Assembly (NCBI RefSeq): GCF_006345805.1
Contig: NW_021825138.1
Span: forward strand, 1 to 16,818
DNA length: 16,818 bases
Direction of reading: 5' to 3'
Origin: Octopus sinensis
Lineage: Eukaryota
In this document: one piece after another, positions 1 through 9,775 of the stretch
Layout: every line of letters begins with the position of its first letter
Position numbering within the stretch: the first letter of the stretch is position 1
Translations under genes and position numbers: made by a program
Notes under the pieces: generated by a model
Database searches by the model: none
Seen by the model: the letters and a program-made list of their open reading frames with translations, nothing else
Told to the model about the DNA's origin: nothing

Positions 1-167
1 GAAGAAAATAGAAAATGGTAAAAAGACGACTACGACTGCGATGGAACGAAACTAAATAGAATGGAAAATGGGAAACAAAAGAACTGAAGTCTAAGAATTT
101 GGTTATTTTCAGAAACGGGAGAGATTATTGGAACCACATGGCAAGGAATTGTGATGTCTCTCTTGAC

Positions 168-1030
<863 letters not shown>

Positions 1031-1385
1031 TTTATTCGCCACAGGAGCATAGACGAGGGGGATTTCACAAGGACTGACATCAGTTTGTGTGGGGATGAGC
1101 GTAAGGGATAGGGGTAAAGAAATGGGGTCTACGTAAAAAGATGAGGGAAGAAAGAGAAAGGGGGAGGAAATGAAATTAAAAAAAAGTAGACAAAATATAC
1201 AAAACATGAATGATGCAATCTTCCAGCGAGGGCCAATCATGAAACCTCACAGACCCCAGAGTCACCGAAGGGCACAGGCCCTCGCTCAACTGTTGTTCTC
1301 CAGGGGCATGGTTAATGTAAGTTCACTCACCGAAACCGTGCTTGCCAAAGTCACCTACGTTTTGATAGATTTCCTGCGGGAGAGA
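1031..1385 (-). mobile_element. L1/Tx1-like LINE 3' remnant (last ~27 codons of ORF2 plus 3' UTR)
   Basis: Minus strand 1366..1286 reads IKT*VTLASTVSVSELTLTMPLENNS*, which aligns with KKRWVNVARMARMNDEATLTMIL* at the end of the ORF at 9230-9640 (W codon became TAG). It ends in CCTGTGGCGAATAAA directly joined to (TAT)n. Confidence 0.65.
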
Positions 1386-1642
1386 GTGAGAGAGAGAGAG
1401 GGAGAGGGAGAGAGAGAGGGAGAGAGAGAGGGAGAGAGAGAGGGAGGGAGAGAGGGAGGGAGAGAGGGAGGGAGAGAGGGAGGGAGAGAGAGACAGAGAG
1501 AGAGACAGAAAGAGAGAGAGATAAAGAGAGAGAGAGAGGGAGAGAGAGACAGACAGACAGAAAGATAGAGAAAGAGAGAGAGAGAAAGAGAGAGAGAGAA
1601 AGAGAGAGATAAAGCGAGAGAGAGGGAGAGAGACAGACAGAC

Positions 1643-1677
<35 letters not shown>

Positions 1678-1699
1678 GAAAGAGAGAGAGAGAGAGAGA
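1381..1699. repeat. Compound (GA)n/(GGGA)n/(GACA)n microsatellite
   Basis: Directly visible. It explains the ER/EG and SL-rich ORFs. Confidence 0.97.
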
Positions 1700-2225
1700 A
1701 TTTCTTTATTCACCATAAGGTTGAGAAAAAGAGGGGACGATACGGGGACAGACAAAACAAACGTTGGGGGTCAGGGTATCGAATGAGACGTACAACTAAA
1801 ATACATACAATTGAATGAGAATGAGTGATTAACAAAAACATGAAGCGGAGGACGCGAGCCCTTCTTTATCCACCCCCACTTTCCTTTGCTGGAAGAACTT
1901 GCAAAAATGAATGAAGGCTAGCCCGTAGAGGAAGGGGCCAGTCCTCAATATTTTCAACCTCGTTCACCCCATAACCTCTCTCACCATAGCCACAAGACAG
2001 AGGAACACCGCCTGCCCGAGGATCCGGCCGATAGTCGTATTCATGCCGGGTGCGGTACCAGCTGTTCATCATGACCCCACTAAGTCTGCAAGACTCGTTA
2101 ACGGCACAAGGGCCTACAGAACGGTTTTCGTCGCTCTGCCCTGTATCTCGGACAGCCCTGCCTAACATGGCTTCCGTGTCTGTAGAGTTTTATCTCGAAC
2201 TGGCAGGCTCCTCGGTAACATTGCC
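1700..2225 (-). mobile_element. Decayed L1/Tx1-like LINE remnant: zf-RVT-type zinc-finger region of ORF2 plus 3' end
   Basis: With frameshifts corrected by eye, the minus strand gives approximately CYRGA-PVRDKLYRHGSHVRQGCPR-GQSDETVL-ALV...LVAMVREVMG*TRLKILRTGPFLYGLAFIHFCKFFQQRKVGVDKE. This is homologous to CGQSDETVLHALVQC...LVAMAKECIWRTRLKGLETNTFLSGQYLINFFKYHLKRKVRVER at 9230-9640. It ends in TGGTGAATAAAGAAAT followed by (TC)n. Confidence 0.8.
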
Positions 2226-2240
2226 CGGTTAGAAGTTTTC

Positions 2241-2336
2241 ATCTGTCTGTCTGTTTGTCTGTCTGCTGTCTGGTTGTATGTATGTATGTATGTATGTATT
2301 TATGTATGTATGTATGTATGTATGTATGTATGTATG

Positions 2337-2368
<32 letters not shown>

Positions 2369-2847
2369 TGTGTGCATGTATGTATGTATGTATGTATGTA
2401 TGTATGTATGAATGTACGTATGTATGTATGTATGTACGTACGTACATACGTATGTATGTATATACGTATGTATGTGTGTATGTATGTATATATGTTTGTA
2501 TGTATGTATGTATTACGTATATGTGTATGTATGTATACATGTATGCACGTATGTATGTAAGTATATACGTATGTATGTATGTACATATGTATATATGTTT
2601 GTATGTATGTATATATGGTGTATGTATGTGTATATGTATGTATGTATGTACGTATGTATGTATGTGTGTATGTATGTATGTATGTATGTATGTATGTATG
2701 TATGTATGTACGAACGTACGTACATACGTATGTATGTACGTATGTATGTATATATGTTTGGATATGTATATATGTATGTACGTATATACATATATATATG
2801 TATGTATGTATGTGTGTATGTATGTTTGTATGTATGTATGTATGTGT
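2241..2847. repeat. (CTGT)n then long degenerate (TATG)n microsatellite
   Basis: Directly visible. It explains the MYVC/HTYI ORFs. Confidence 0.98.
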
Positions 2848-3137
2848 AGGAAACTGCATTGTTATAGATTCGACACAGAAAACAAAGAACAGGATATTTT
2901 ATACATTTCGGTCTTATTTACACGGCCCGACATTTGGAATTCTGATCAAAATTCTACCATTTAACAAAGCAAATACAAAGCAAACACACCTTGATTTGTG
3001 CCAAACACCAACGGTTGATGTTTGTTTCACGTGCTGGTAAAAAATTGTCATGTGAATACAAAATGTTCAAACATATCTATTTTTGCCAAATCGAAATTTG
3101 TATTTTTCTTTCTTCATTTTTTGAAAAACTTTGTCAC

Positions 3138-3266
3138 AGGCGCGGTTGTTATGGTTCGGGGTTCACTATCATTGTGTGGAACCTTGTGCAAGTGTCTTTT
3201 AGTATAGTTTCGGAGCCAGCCAAAGCTTTGGTAGACAGTATCTGAAAGAAGCACATCGTGTATGTG
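3138..3266 (+). mobile_element. Degraded 5' part of SINE-A
   Basis: ATGGTTCGGGGTTCA...ACCTTGTGCAAGTGTCTT...CAAAGCTTTGGTAGAC...CTGAAAGAAGC matches the SINE-A head at 10341-10500, with deletions. Confidence 0.7.
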
Positions 3267-3269
3267 ACC

Positions 3270-3463
3270 GCGTGTGTATCGTTGGCGATTTTTTTCCCTC
3301 CGTCTTCCCTTCTCTGGATCTTTCCTTTTCCTATGTTTCTGACGAAGAGCTCCGCTCGAAACGTCAAACCCTCCCTCTTTTCTTTTTTCCTGAGCGTCCA
3401 ATAATACTATACTTGTTCCACGTCCTCGCATTGTGTTTTCTCTTCGTGTTTTCATGTTTGGAT

Positions 3464-3467
<4 letters not shown>
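3270..3467 (+). mobile_element. Short Penelope-like (pLTR-derived) non-autonomous element, subfamily 1, ending in (TA)n
   Basis: Contains CTGACGA...GAAACGTC (hammerhead-type motif) and TTCCTGAGCG, which is shared with the elements at 3499-3725 and 14812-15035. A pyrimidine-rich tail runs into (TA)n. The Penelope assignment is inferred from the known link between PLEs and minimal hammerheads. The 5' boundary is approximate. Confidence 0.5.
3335..3369 (+). ncRNA. Minimal type I hammerhead ribozyme motif
   Basis: Stem I GTTT(3335-38)/AAAC(3366-69); core CTGACGA (3339-45) plus an extra A; stem II GAGC-tcc-GCTC; then GAAAC-GTC with palindromic ACGT stem III. Predicted cleavage after C3365. Confidence 0.65.

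Positions 3468-3498
<31 letters not shown>
3468..3498. repeat. (TA)n between two convergent Penelope-like elements
   Basis: Directly visible. Confidence 0.95.
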
Positions 3499-3500
<2 letters not shown>

Positions 3501-3725
3501 CGGGAAAGTTTACGAAAATAAACAAAAGACGAAGGCAGGTGGAGTACAAACAAACAAATGTATTAGTATGGCGCTCAGGAATAGAAATAGAAAAAGTCTT
3601 TTACGTTTCGAGCCTACGCTCTTCGACAGAGATACACAGAAAAAAAAGCAAGGAGAGAAAAAAGGAGAGAAAAAAAATGCGTTTAGGAGCTAACGATCTA
3701 TCATGGCGTCCTGACTTTGGACAGT
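3499..3725 (-). mobile_element. Short Penelope-like element, subfamily 2 (same family as 14812-15035), with variant hammerhead at 3597-3634
   Basis: The reverse complement shares exact blocks TTCCTGAGCGCCATACTAATACA (23 nt) and CCACCTGCCTTCGTCTTTTGTTTATTTTC (29 nt) with 14953-15020. Motif: CTGTCGA-A-GAGC-gtag-GCTC-GAAAC-GTA. Confidence 0.7.
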
Positions 3726-3910
3726 GTATATATATATATATATACAACTTATTTCTATTTTGGATATATTTGGGGTACTTAAGTGTATACATGACTTTAA
3801 TGTTTAATTCTTCCATGGGTACAAGTAAGTATCTAATTTATTTTCTTATTGTATTTTTCGCTGATGACGAGAGAATTCAAAACCCATTTAATACCAAGAT
3901 TTATTTATGT

Positions 3911-4465
3911 ATTATTTTTTACTCTCTGTGGAGGTGGCCAGTCGATTATATCGACCCCAGTACTTGGCTGGTACTTAATTTATCGACCCAGAAAGGAAAA
4001 GTCGACCTCGGCGGTATTTGAACTTGGAACGTAACGGCAGACGAAATACCTATTTCTTTACTACCCACAAGGGGCTACACATAGAGGGGACAAACAAGGA
4101 CAGACAAACGGATTAAGTCGATTATATCGACCTCAGTGAGTAACTGGTATTTATTTAATCGACCCCGAAAGGATGAAAGGCAAAGTCGATCTCGGCGGAA
4201 TTTGAGCTCAGAACGTAACGGCAGACGAAATACCTATTTCTTTATTACCCACAAGGGGCTAAACACAGAGGGAACAAACAAGGACAGACATAGGTATTAA
4301 GTCGATTACATTGACCCCAGTGCGTAACTGGTACTTAATTTGTCGACCCCGAAAGGATGAAAGGCAAAGTCGACCTCGGCGGAATTTGAACTCACAACGT
4401 AACGGCAGACGAAATACCGTTAAACATTTCGTCCGGCGTGCTAACGATTCTGCCATCTCACCGCC
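3911..4465 (-). mobile_element. SINE-B (tRNA-like head) with 184-bp tandem body units, flanked by a 19-bp target-site duplication
   Basis: Head GGCGGTGAGATGGCAGAATCG (A-box-like) and GAGTTCAAATTC (B-box-like). GCAGACGAAATACC recurs at 4037, 4221 and 4405. The exact direct repeat TACCAAGATTTATTTATGT lies at 3892-3910 and 4466-4484. Confidence 0.9.
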
Positions 4466-4520
4466 TACCAAGATTTATTTATGTTTAACCTCTGAATGAG
4501 ACTTCGCTAATAAACAGATC

Positions 4521-4720
4521 CTCCACCATCACTTGACAACCGTTGTTGGTATGTTTACGTCCTCGAAACTTAGCGGTTTTGCAAAAGAGACTGATAGAAT
4601 AAGTGCTAGGCTTACAAAGGATAAGTTCCACTTGTGGATTTGTTCGACTAAAACCCCTTCAGGCAGTGCTCCACCATGGCCGCAATCAAATCACTGAAAC
4701 AAGTAAGAGAGTAAAGAGAG
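4521..4720 (+). mobile_element. SINE-A 3' half
   Basis: CTTGACAACCG...CTTAGCGGT...GATAGAATAAGT...GTGCTCCA...CTGAAACAAGTAAGAGAGTAAAGAG matches 10600-10786. Confidence 0.88.
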
Positions 4721-4777
4721 TATATATATCTATACCTGTCCAAAAAACTCATGTGTGTGTTGAGTAGTTTTTGTTTA

Positions 4778-5479
4778 TACTCTTTTACTTGTTTCAGTCA
4801 TTTGACTGCGGCCATGCTGGAGCACCACCTTTAGTCGAGCAAATCGACCTCAAGACTTATTCTTTGTAAGCCTACTATTTATTCTATCGGTCTATTTTGA
4901 CGAACCGCTAAGTTACGGGGACGTAAACACACCAGCATCGGTTGTGAAGCGATGTTAAGGGGGATAGACAAACACACACACACATATATATATGACTTTA
5001 GGACACATTTTTTTCCCGCTGAGAGTTGCTGAAGCATGGAACAAACTGCCGGCATCAGTTGAGTTGTTAGTTGTCGGAGCACTGCATCCTTTAAAACTTC
5101 CATGCTTCCTGAGATTCGCCAACGCTACACCTGATCTTTCTCCCCTCCATACACACACAAGCATGTATCTGACTCATACACTGTTCACATCCCAGACATT
5201 TGTACGTTACTGCATATACTTTATACGCACTTTTGAAAAGTTGTGGTGCACCTGAGCACTGTATACAATAATTTTATTATTATTATTATTATATATATAC
5301 ATACATATATACGACGGGCTTCTTTCAGTTTCCGTCTACCAAATCCACTCACAAGGCTTTGGTCGGCCCGAAGCTATAGTAGAAGACACTTGCCCAAGGT
5401 GCTACGCAGTGGGACTGAACCCGGAACCATGTGGTTGGTAAGCAAACTACTTACTACAACACAGCCACTCCTGCGCCTA
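4778..5479 (-). mobile_element. Full-length SINE-A interrupted in its central (TA/CA) tract by a CR1-like fragment
   Basis: 4778-4990 is the 3' half and 5291-5479 the 5' half. The minus-strand head is TAGGCGCAGGAGTGGCTGTG...GGTTCAGTCCC. Confidence 0.92.
4994..5290 (+). mobile_element. CR1-clade LINE 3' terminus (ORF2 C-terminus, 3' UTR, (ATT)n tail)
   Basis: FFPLRVAEAWNKLPASV, then after a 5-nt insertion VSCRSTASFKTSMLPEIRQRYT* (stop 5132-5134). This fits the CR1-type C-terminal FF..RV...WN.LP..VV...S...FK signature. It ends in TTATTATTATTATT and has (TA)n on both sides. Confidence 0.8.
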
Positions 5480-5693
5480 TATGCTGTGGTTTACTAATAA
5501 ATTTGCTAAGGTTTTCTGTTTTAACAGCCAAGGGTTTATTGTAAGGACACAGAATCTAATGTATATTAATGTATGTCAATTTATGTGAGATAAACAGACA
5601 TTGTTTTCCTGAATCGCGGTTTTGTTTGGTTGGACTGGGGATCGACCTACCGAAATCGCTGTGCGGGGTTTGTGTAGCCTTTCTTTATCACGT

Positions 5694-5698
<5 letters not shown>

Positions 5699-5734
<36 letters not shown>

Positions 5735-5756
5735 TACATACACATACGCACACACG
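5699..5756. repeat. (CA)n microsatellite
   Basis: Directly visible. Confidence 0.95.
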
Positions 5757-5846
5757 TGAGCGTGAAGGAGAAGGAAGGGTGAAATGAAAGGTAGTGAATG
5801 ATGTGATAGACGATACCAGATAGGTAGGTAGGTATGTAGATATATA

Positions 5847-6110
5847 GGGTACTATTTAAGAAGAGTGGTCCCGGTGCGCGCACTCCAGTTCTCGCGCATC
5901 CGCGCTAGCTAATCGTGACTAGTCGATCCTACAACGACTACCTAGCAAAGTAAAGAAAACACAAAATAAATAATTTTTTTTACACAAAGTAAATGATTTT
6001 TTTAAAACAAAATAAAACACAAAAATACAAAGTAAAGATCGACTAGTCACGACTAGCTAGCGCGGATGCGCGAGTGCGCGCACCGGGACCACTCTTCTTA
6101 AGTAGTACCC
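5847..6110. mobile_element. 264-bp MITE with long terminal inverted repeats (GGGTAC...GTACCC)
   Basis: The left arm 5847-5928 is the reverse complement of the right arm 6037-6110, except for 2 substitutions and an 8-nt insertion (CAGTTCTC). AT-rich spacer; ATA on both flanks. Confidence 0.9.
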
Positions 6111-6245
6111 ATAGATAGATAGGTAGATAGATATAGAAAGATAGAGATATATAGATATAAAGATAGAGCGACAGATTGGTTGATATATAGATAGAGAGAT
6201 AGACACATAGATATATAATTGAATAAACAATTGGATAGATAGATT

Positions 6246-6284
<39 letters not shown>

Positions 6285-6347
6285 TGATAGATAGATAGAT
6301 AGATAGATAGATAGACTGATAGATAGATAGATAGATAGATAGATTGC

Positions 6348-6393
<46 letters not shown>

Positions 6394-6421
6394 TAGATAG
6401 ATAGATATAGATAGATAGATT

Positions 6422-6452
<31 letters not shown>

Positions 6453-6463
6453 TGATAGATAGC

Positions 6464-6506
<43 letters not shown>

Positions 6507-6563
6507 CTAGATAGATAGATATAGATAGATAGATTGATAGATAGATAGATAGATAGATAGACT

Positions 6564-6602
<39 letters not shown>

Positions 6603-6603
6603 T

Positions 6604-6638
<35 letters not shown>

Positions 6639-6639
6639 T

Positions 6640-6673
<34 letters not shown>

Positions 6674-6708
6674 CTGATAGATAGATAGATAGATAGAGAG
6701 ATAGATAT
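6111..6708. repeat. (GATA)n array with GATT/GACT/GCTA variant units
   Basis: Directly visible. It explains the IYLS ORFs. Confidence 0.97.
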
Positions 6709-7074
6709 GTTTCTTTATTAGCCACACAGGGCTGCACACAGATAGAACAAATTACAAGGTAGAGCTTTTCTTTTGAAGGTATTAAAAAAAAAAAAGAAAA
6801 AAGGAAGGGGGAGGTTCGATCAAAAGGGATCGTAAAAGGAGAGAAAGAGGACAAAAATAAGGGGGTTATTAAAAAAAAAAAAGGGGGGGGGGAGAGGAAA
6901 AAAAAAAAAAATGATCAATAGGGATCGTTATCACAGAAATGTCAATATGAAGTGTAAAGGGGAGGACAGGTGAGGTTTACCCGTGGAAAGAAAAGCCTGC
7001 GGAAAAGACCACGGTAACCTCGGTCAATGAAGTCACATTTTATATTTCTTTTTTTTTTTTTTTTTTTGCAAATA
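6709..7074 (-). mobile_element. L1/Tx1-like LINE 3' UTR fragment embedded in (GATA)n
   Basis: The reverse complement of 6973-7028 matches 9698-9753 at 51 of 56 positions (all differences are transitions); that segment lies just downstream of the ORF2 stop at 9638-9640. It ends in TGTGGCTAATAAAGAAAC, then (TATC)n. Confidence 0.85.
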
Positions 7075-7095
7075 AGATAGATAGATAGATAGATT

Positions 7096-7146
<51 letters not shown>

Positions 7147-7231
7147 TGATAGATAGATTGATGGATAGATAGATAGATAGATAGATAGATAGAAAGATAG
7201 ATAGATTGATAGATAGATAGATAGATAGACT

Positions 7232-7270
<39 letters not shown>

Positions 7271-7299
7271 TGATAGATAGATAGATAGATAGATAGACT

Positions 7300-7394
<95 letters not shown>

Positions 7395-7459
7395 TGATAG
7401 ATAGATAGACTGATAAATAGATAGATAGATAGATAGATAGATAGATTGATAGATAGATT

Positions 7460-7506
<47 letters not shown>

Positions 7507-7598
7507 TGATAGATAGATAGATGGATAGAGATATATAGATAGATAGAAAGATAGATTGTTAGATATATATATATATAGAGAGAGAGAGAGAAAAAGAG

Positions 7599-7685
<87 letters not shown>

Positions 7686-7700
7686 TAGATGGATAGATAG
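7075..7700. repeat. (GATA)n/(GACA)n array, followed by CA-rich degenerate repeat to about 7887
   Basis: Directly visible. Confidence 0.97.
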
Positions 7701-8527
7701 GTTGGGGACAAGTGGTGAGAATTATTCCCGACAGCGTACATATCTTTCACGCACATACATCTACATTGTATACAACCTAATGTCACATACACACACACAC
7801 ACACTGTGACAAACACATACACACACACACTTTCACACACACATTGTCCCATACAGTGCCCTACACACACACACAGACACACACACGTACAGGGGCTATC
7901 TAAAAGATCTTAAACGTTTACAGGTCCAGAAACGTCAAGCTGAGGGTAATTAATCAAACGGGATTTTGTAAAAGTATATTCTTGAGAATTCAATCTGTGC
8001 CCCTCTGTATGTGTGTGTGTTTGTAGGGGCGGGGTCGTGGGCACAAGAGCATGGTGGAAAGTAGTCATAGGCAAAAAGGAAAAACGATGTTGACGGGCGA
8101 AAGGATTAAAAGTTGAAGTCTCTTGAGAGGGTTCAAGCGAGTGCAGAACCAGGGCTAGAAAAAAAAGAAAAAAATCGAAAAAAAAACATAGAGAAAAAAG
8201 AAAAAAAAGTAAATAAAAAAGGGAGAAAAAAGGGAGAGGAAAGAAAAGAGGAAAAAAAAAGGAGAAATACGAAATTTTTGTTTACCGGTTGAAAAGGTTT
8301 TCCGTTTTTTTTTTCAAACCCCTGAACGAAAGGGGTTATAAGTAGGGCTGGAATGAATTTCAAGGAAGAGGGAAAAATTTTAAACGATGGGGGTGGGATG
8401 AGGTGAGGGAGGGCGGGATGAAGGGAAAGAGTATAGGAGGAGGAGTAGGAAGAGGAGGAGCAGGAGGAGGTGGAAGAGGAGGAAAGTGTATATAAATAAG
8501 CTGAGTACCAAGGTGGATTTATACATC

Positions 8528-8599
8528 TTCAAATTCCGCCGAGGTCGACTCTGCCTTTCATCCTTTCGGGGTCGATAAATAAAGTACCAGTTTCGCACT
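8528..8599 (+). mobile_element. SINE-B central fragment
   Basis: TTCAAATTCCGCCGAGGTCGACTCTGCCTTTCATCCTTTCGGGGTCGATAAAT is the reverse complement of the SINE-B core around 4335-4390. Confidence 0.88.
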
Positions 8600-8696
8600 A
8601 GTAAAGAAATATATACATCTGTAAACCTGTCAGGGTGGTGCTCCAGTATGACCACACTCCGCTGACGGAAAGAAGATACGTATTCTCTTTTTTTTT

Positions 8697-9078
8697 TACT
8701 CTCTTTTACTTGTTTCAGTCATTTGACTGCGGCCATGCTGGAGCACCACTTTTAGTCGAGCAAATCGACCTCCCCGGACTTATTCTTTTGTAAGCCCAGT
8801 ACTTATTCTATCGGTTCTCTTTTGCCGAACCGCTAAGATTACGGGGACGTAAACACACCAGCAATGGTTGTCAAGCAATGCTAGGAGGACAAACACACAC
8901 ACACACACACACATATATACGACAGGCTTCTTTCAGTTTCCGTCTACCAAATCCACTTACAAAGGCTTTGGTCAACCCGAGGCTATAGTAGAAGACACTT
9001 GCCCAAGGTGCCATGCAGTGGGACTGAACCCGGAACCATGTGGTTGGTTAGCAAGCTACTTACTACACAGCCACTCCT
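8697..9078 (-). mobile_element. Near full-length SINE-A, followed by another SINE-A 3' tail fragment at about 9079-9140
   Basis: Colinear match to the reverse complement of 10345-10786, including the central (CA/TA) tract. Confidence 0.92.
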
Positions 9079-9229
9079 CTTTTATTCTTTAATTTGTTTC
9101 AGTCATTAGACTGCAGCCATGCTGGAGCACCACCTCGAAGGATTTAGGTATTTTCTATTTGGCTGCCACTTCTCAATTTCTTCAGTTTTTGTTCCAATTG
9201 ATTTGATATTTGGTGTATTGGTGTAGCTT

Positions 9230-9640
9230 TGCGGTCAGAGCGACGAAACCGTTCTGCACGCACTCGTGCAGTGTCCAACCATTTCCGACCTGTGGGCTTA
9301 TGTCGAACGACTGCTCTCTCGTGTGGGACGTGTCGGTTTATCAGCCGAGTCTATCGTCAATGTTGTCACGCCTCCTTCCTTCAAACGGGAAGGAAGAGCT
9401 ATTTTCATCATACTTGTGGCTATGGCGAAAGAATGTATCTGGCGGACGCGTCTGAAAGGATTAGAGACAAACACTTTCCTCTCTGGTCAATATCTCATCA
9501 ACTTCTTCAAGTACCACTTGAAAAGGAAAGTGAGAGTAGAGAGGCAAGTTTTGTCTAGCGAATGTTTCAAAAAAAGATGGGTGAATGTAGCAAGGATGGC
9601 ACGTATGAATGACGAAGCCACCTTGACTATGATTCTATGA
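9230..9640 (+). pseudogene. 5'-truncated ORF2 C-terminus of an L1/Tx1-like non-LTR retrotransposon (zf-RVT-type CCHC region), with 3' UTR to about 9773
   Basis: Open frame CGQSDETVLHALVQCPTISDLWAYVERLL...LVAMAKECIWRTR...* has the C...ET..HAL..C / W / IW..R pattern of L1/Tx1 C-terminal zinc fingers. It is truncated at both ends and has no RT domain. Confidence 0.8.
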
Positions 9641-9775
9641 ACCCGGAAAAATTTAAAACAGAGTTACTTGCAAATAAATGTGTTAACATGTGACATTATT
9701 GACCGAGATTACTGTGGTCTTTTCCGTAGGCTTTTCTTTCCATGGATAAACCTTATCTGCTTGCCCCTTTACATC

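Noticed and set aside
99-167. Possible exon after TTATTTTCAG (TGEIIGTTWQGIV or NGRDYWNHMARNC)
   Set aside because: There is no convincing donor before the microsatellite and no recognisable homology.
1630-2275. (GACA)n and (TGTC)n in inverted orientation around the Tx1-like remnant
   Set aside because: Simple repeats are so dense here that an inverted pair is expected by chance.
2229-3040. MYVC/HTYI-repeat ORFs, including the protein-like tail RFDTENKEQDILYISVLFTRPDIW
   Set aside because: These are tetranucleotide read-throughs. The unique tail is short, the acceptor is weak and I recognise no domain.
3937-4420. CRISPR-like regularly spaced repeats
   Set aside because: The whole 184-bp units are homologous, with no unique spacers and no cas genes, in a eukaryotic context.
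5510-5576. Strong-looking acceptor TTTTCTGTTTTAACAG with nearby GTAAGG/GTATGT
   Set aside because: Splice-like signals are common in AT-rich DNA, and the short peptide is not recognisable.
7888-8010. Possible mini-MITE TA-CAGGGGC...GCCCCTCTG-TA
   Set aside because: The inverted match is only about 8 nt with an indel, and it lies between CA/TG repeats, so it could be chance.
8133-8363. Phe-rich ORF resembling a membrane peptide
   Set aside because: It is the translation of poly-T/poly-A low-complexity sequence.
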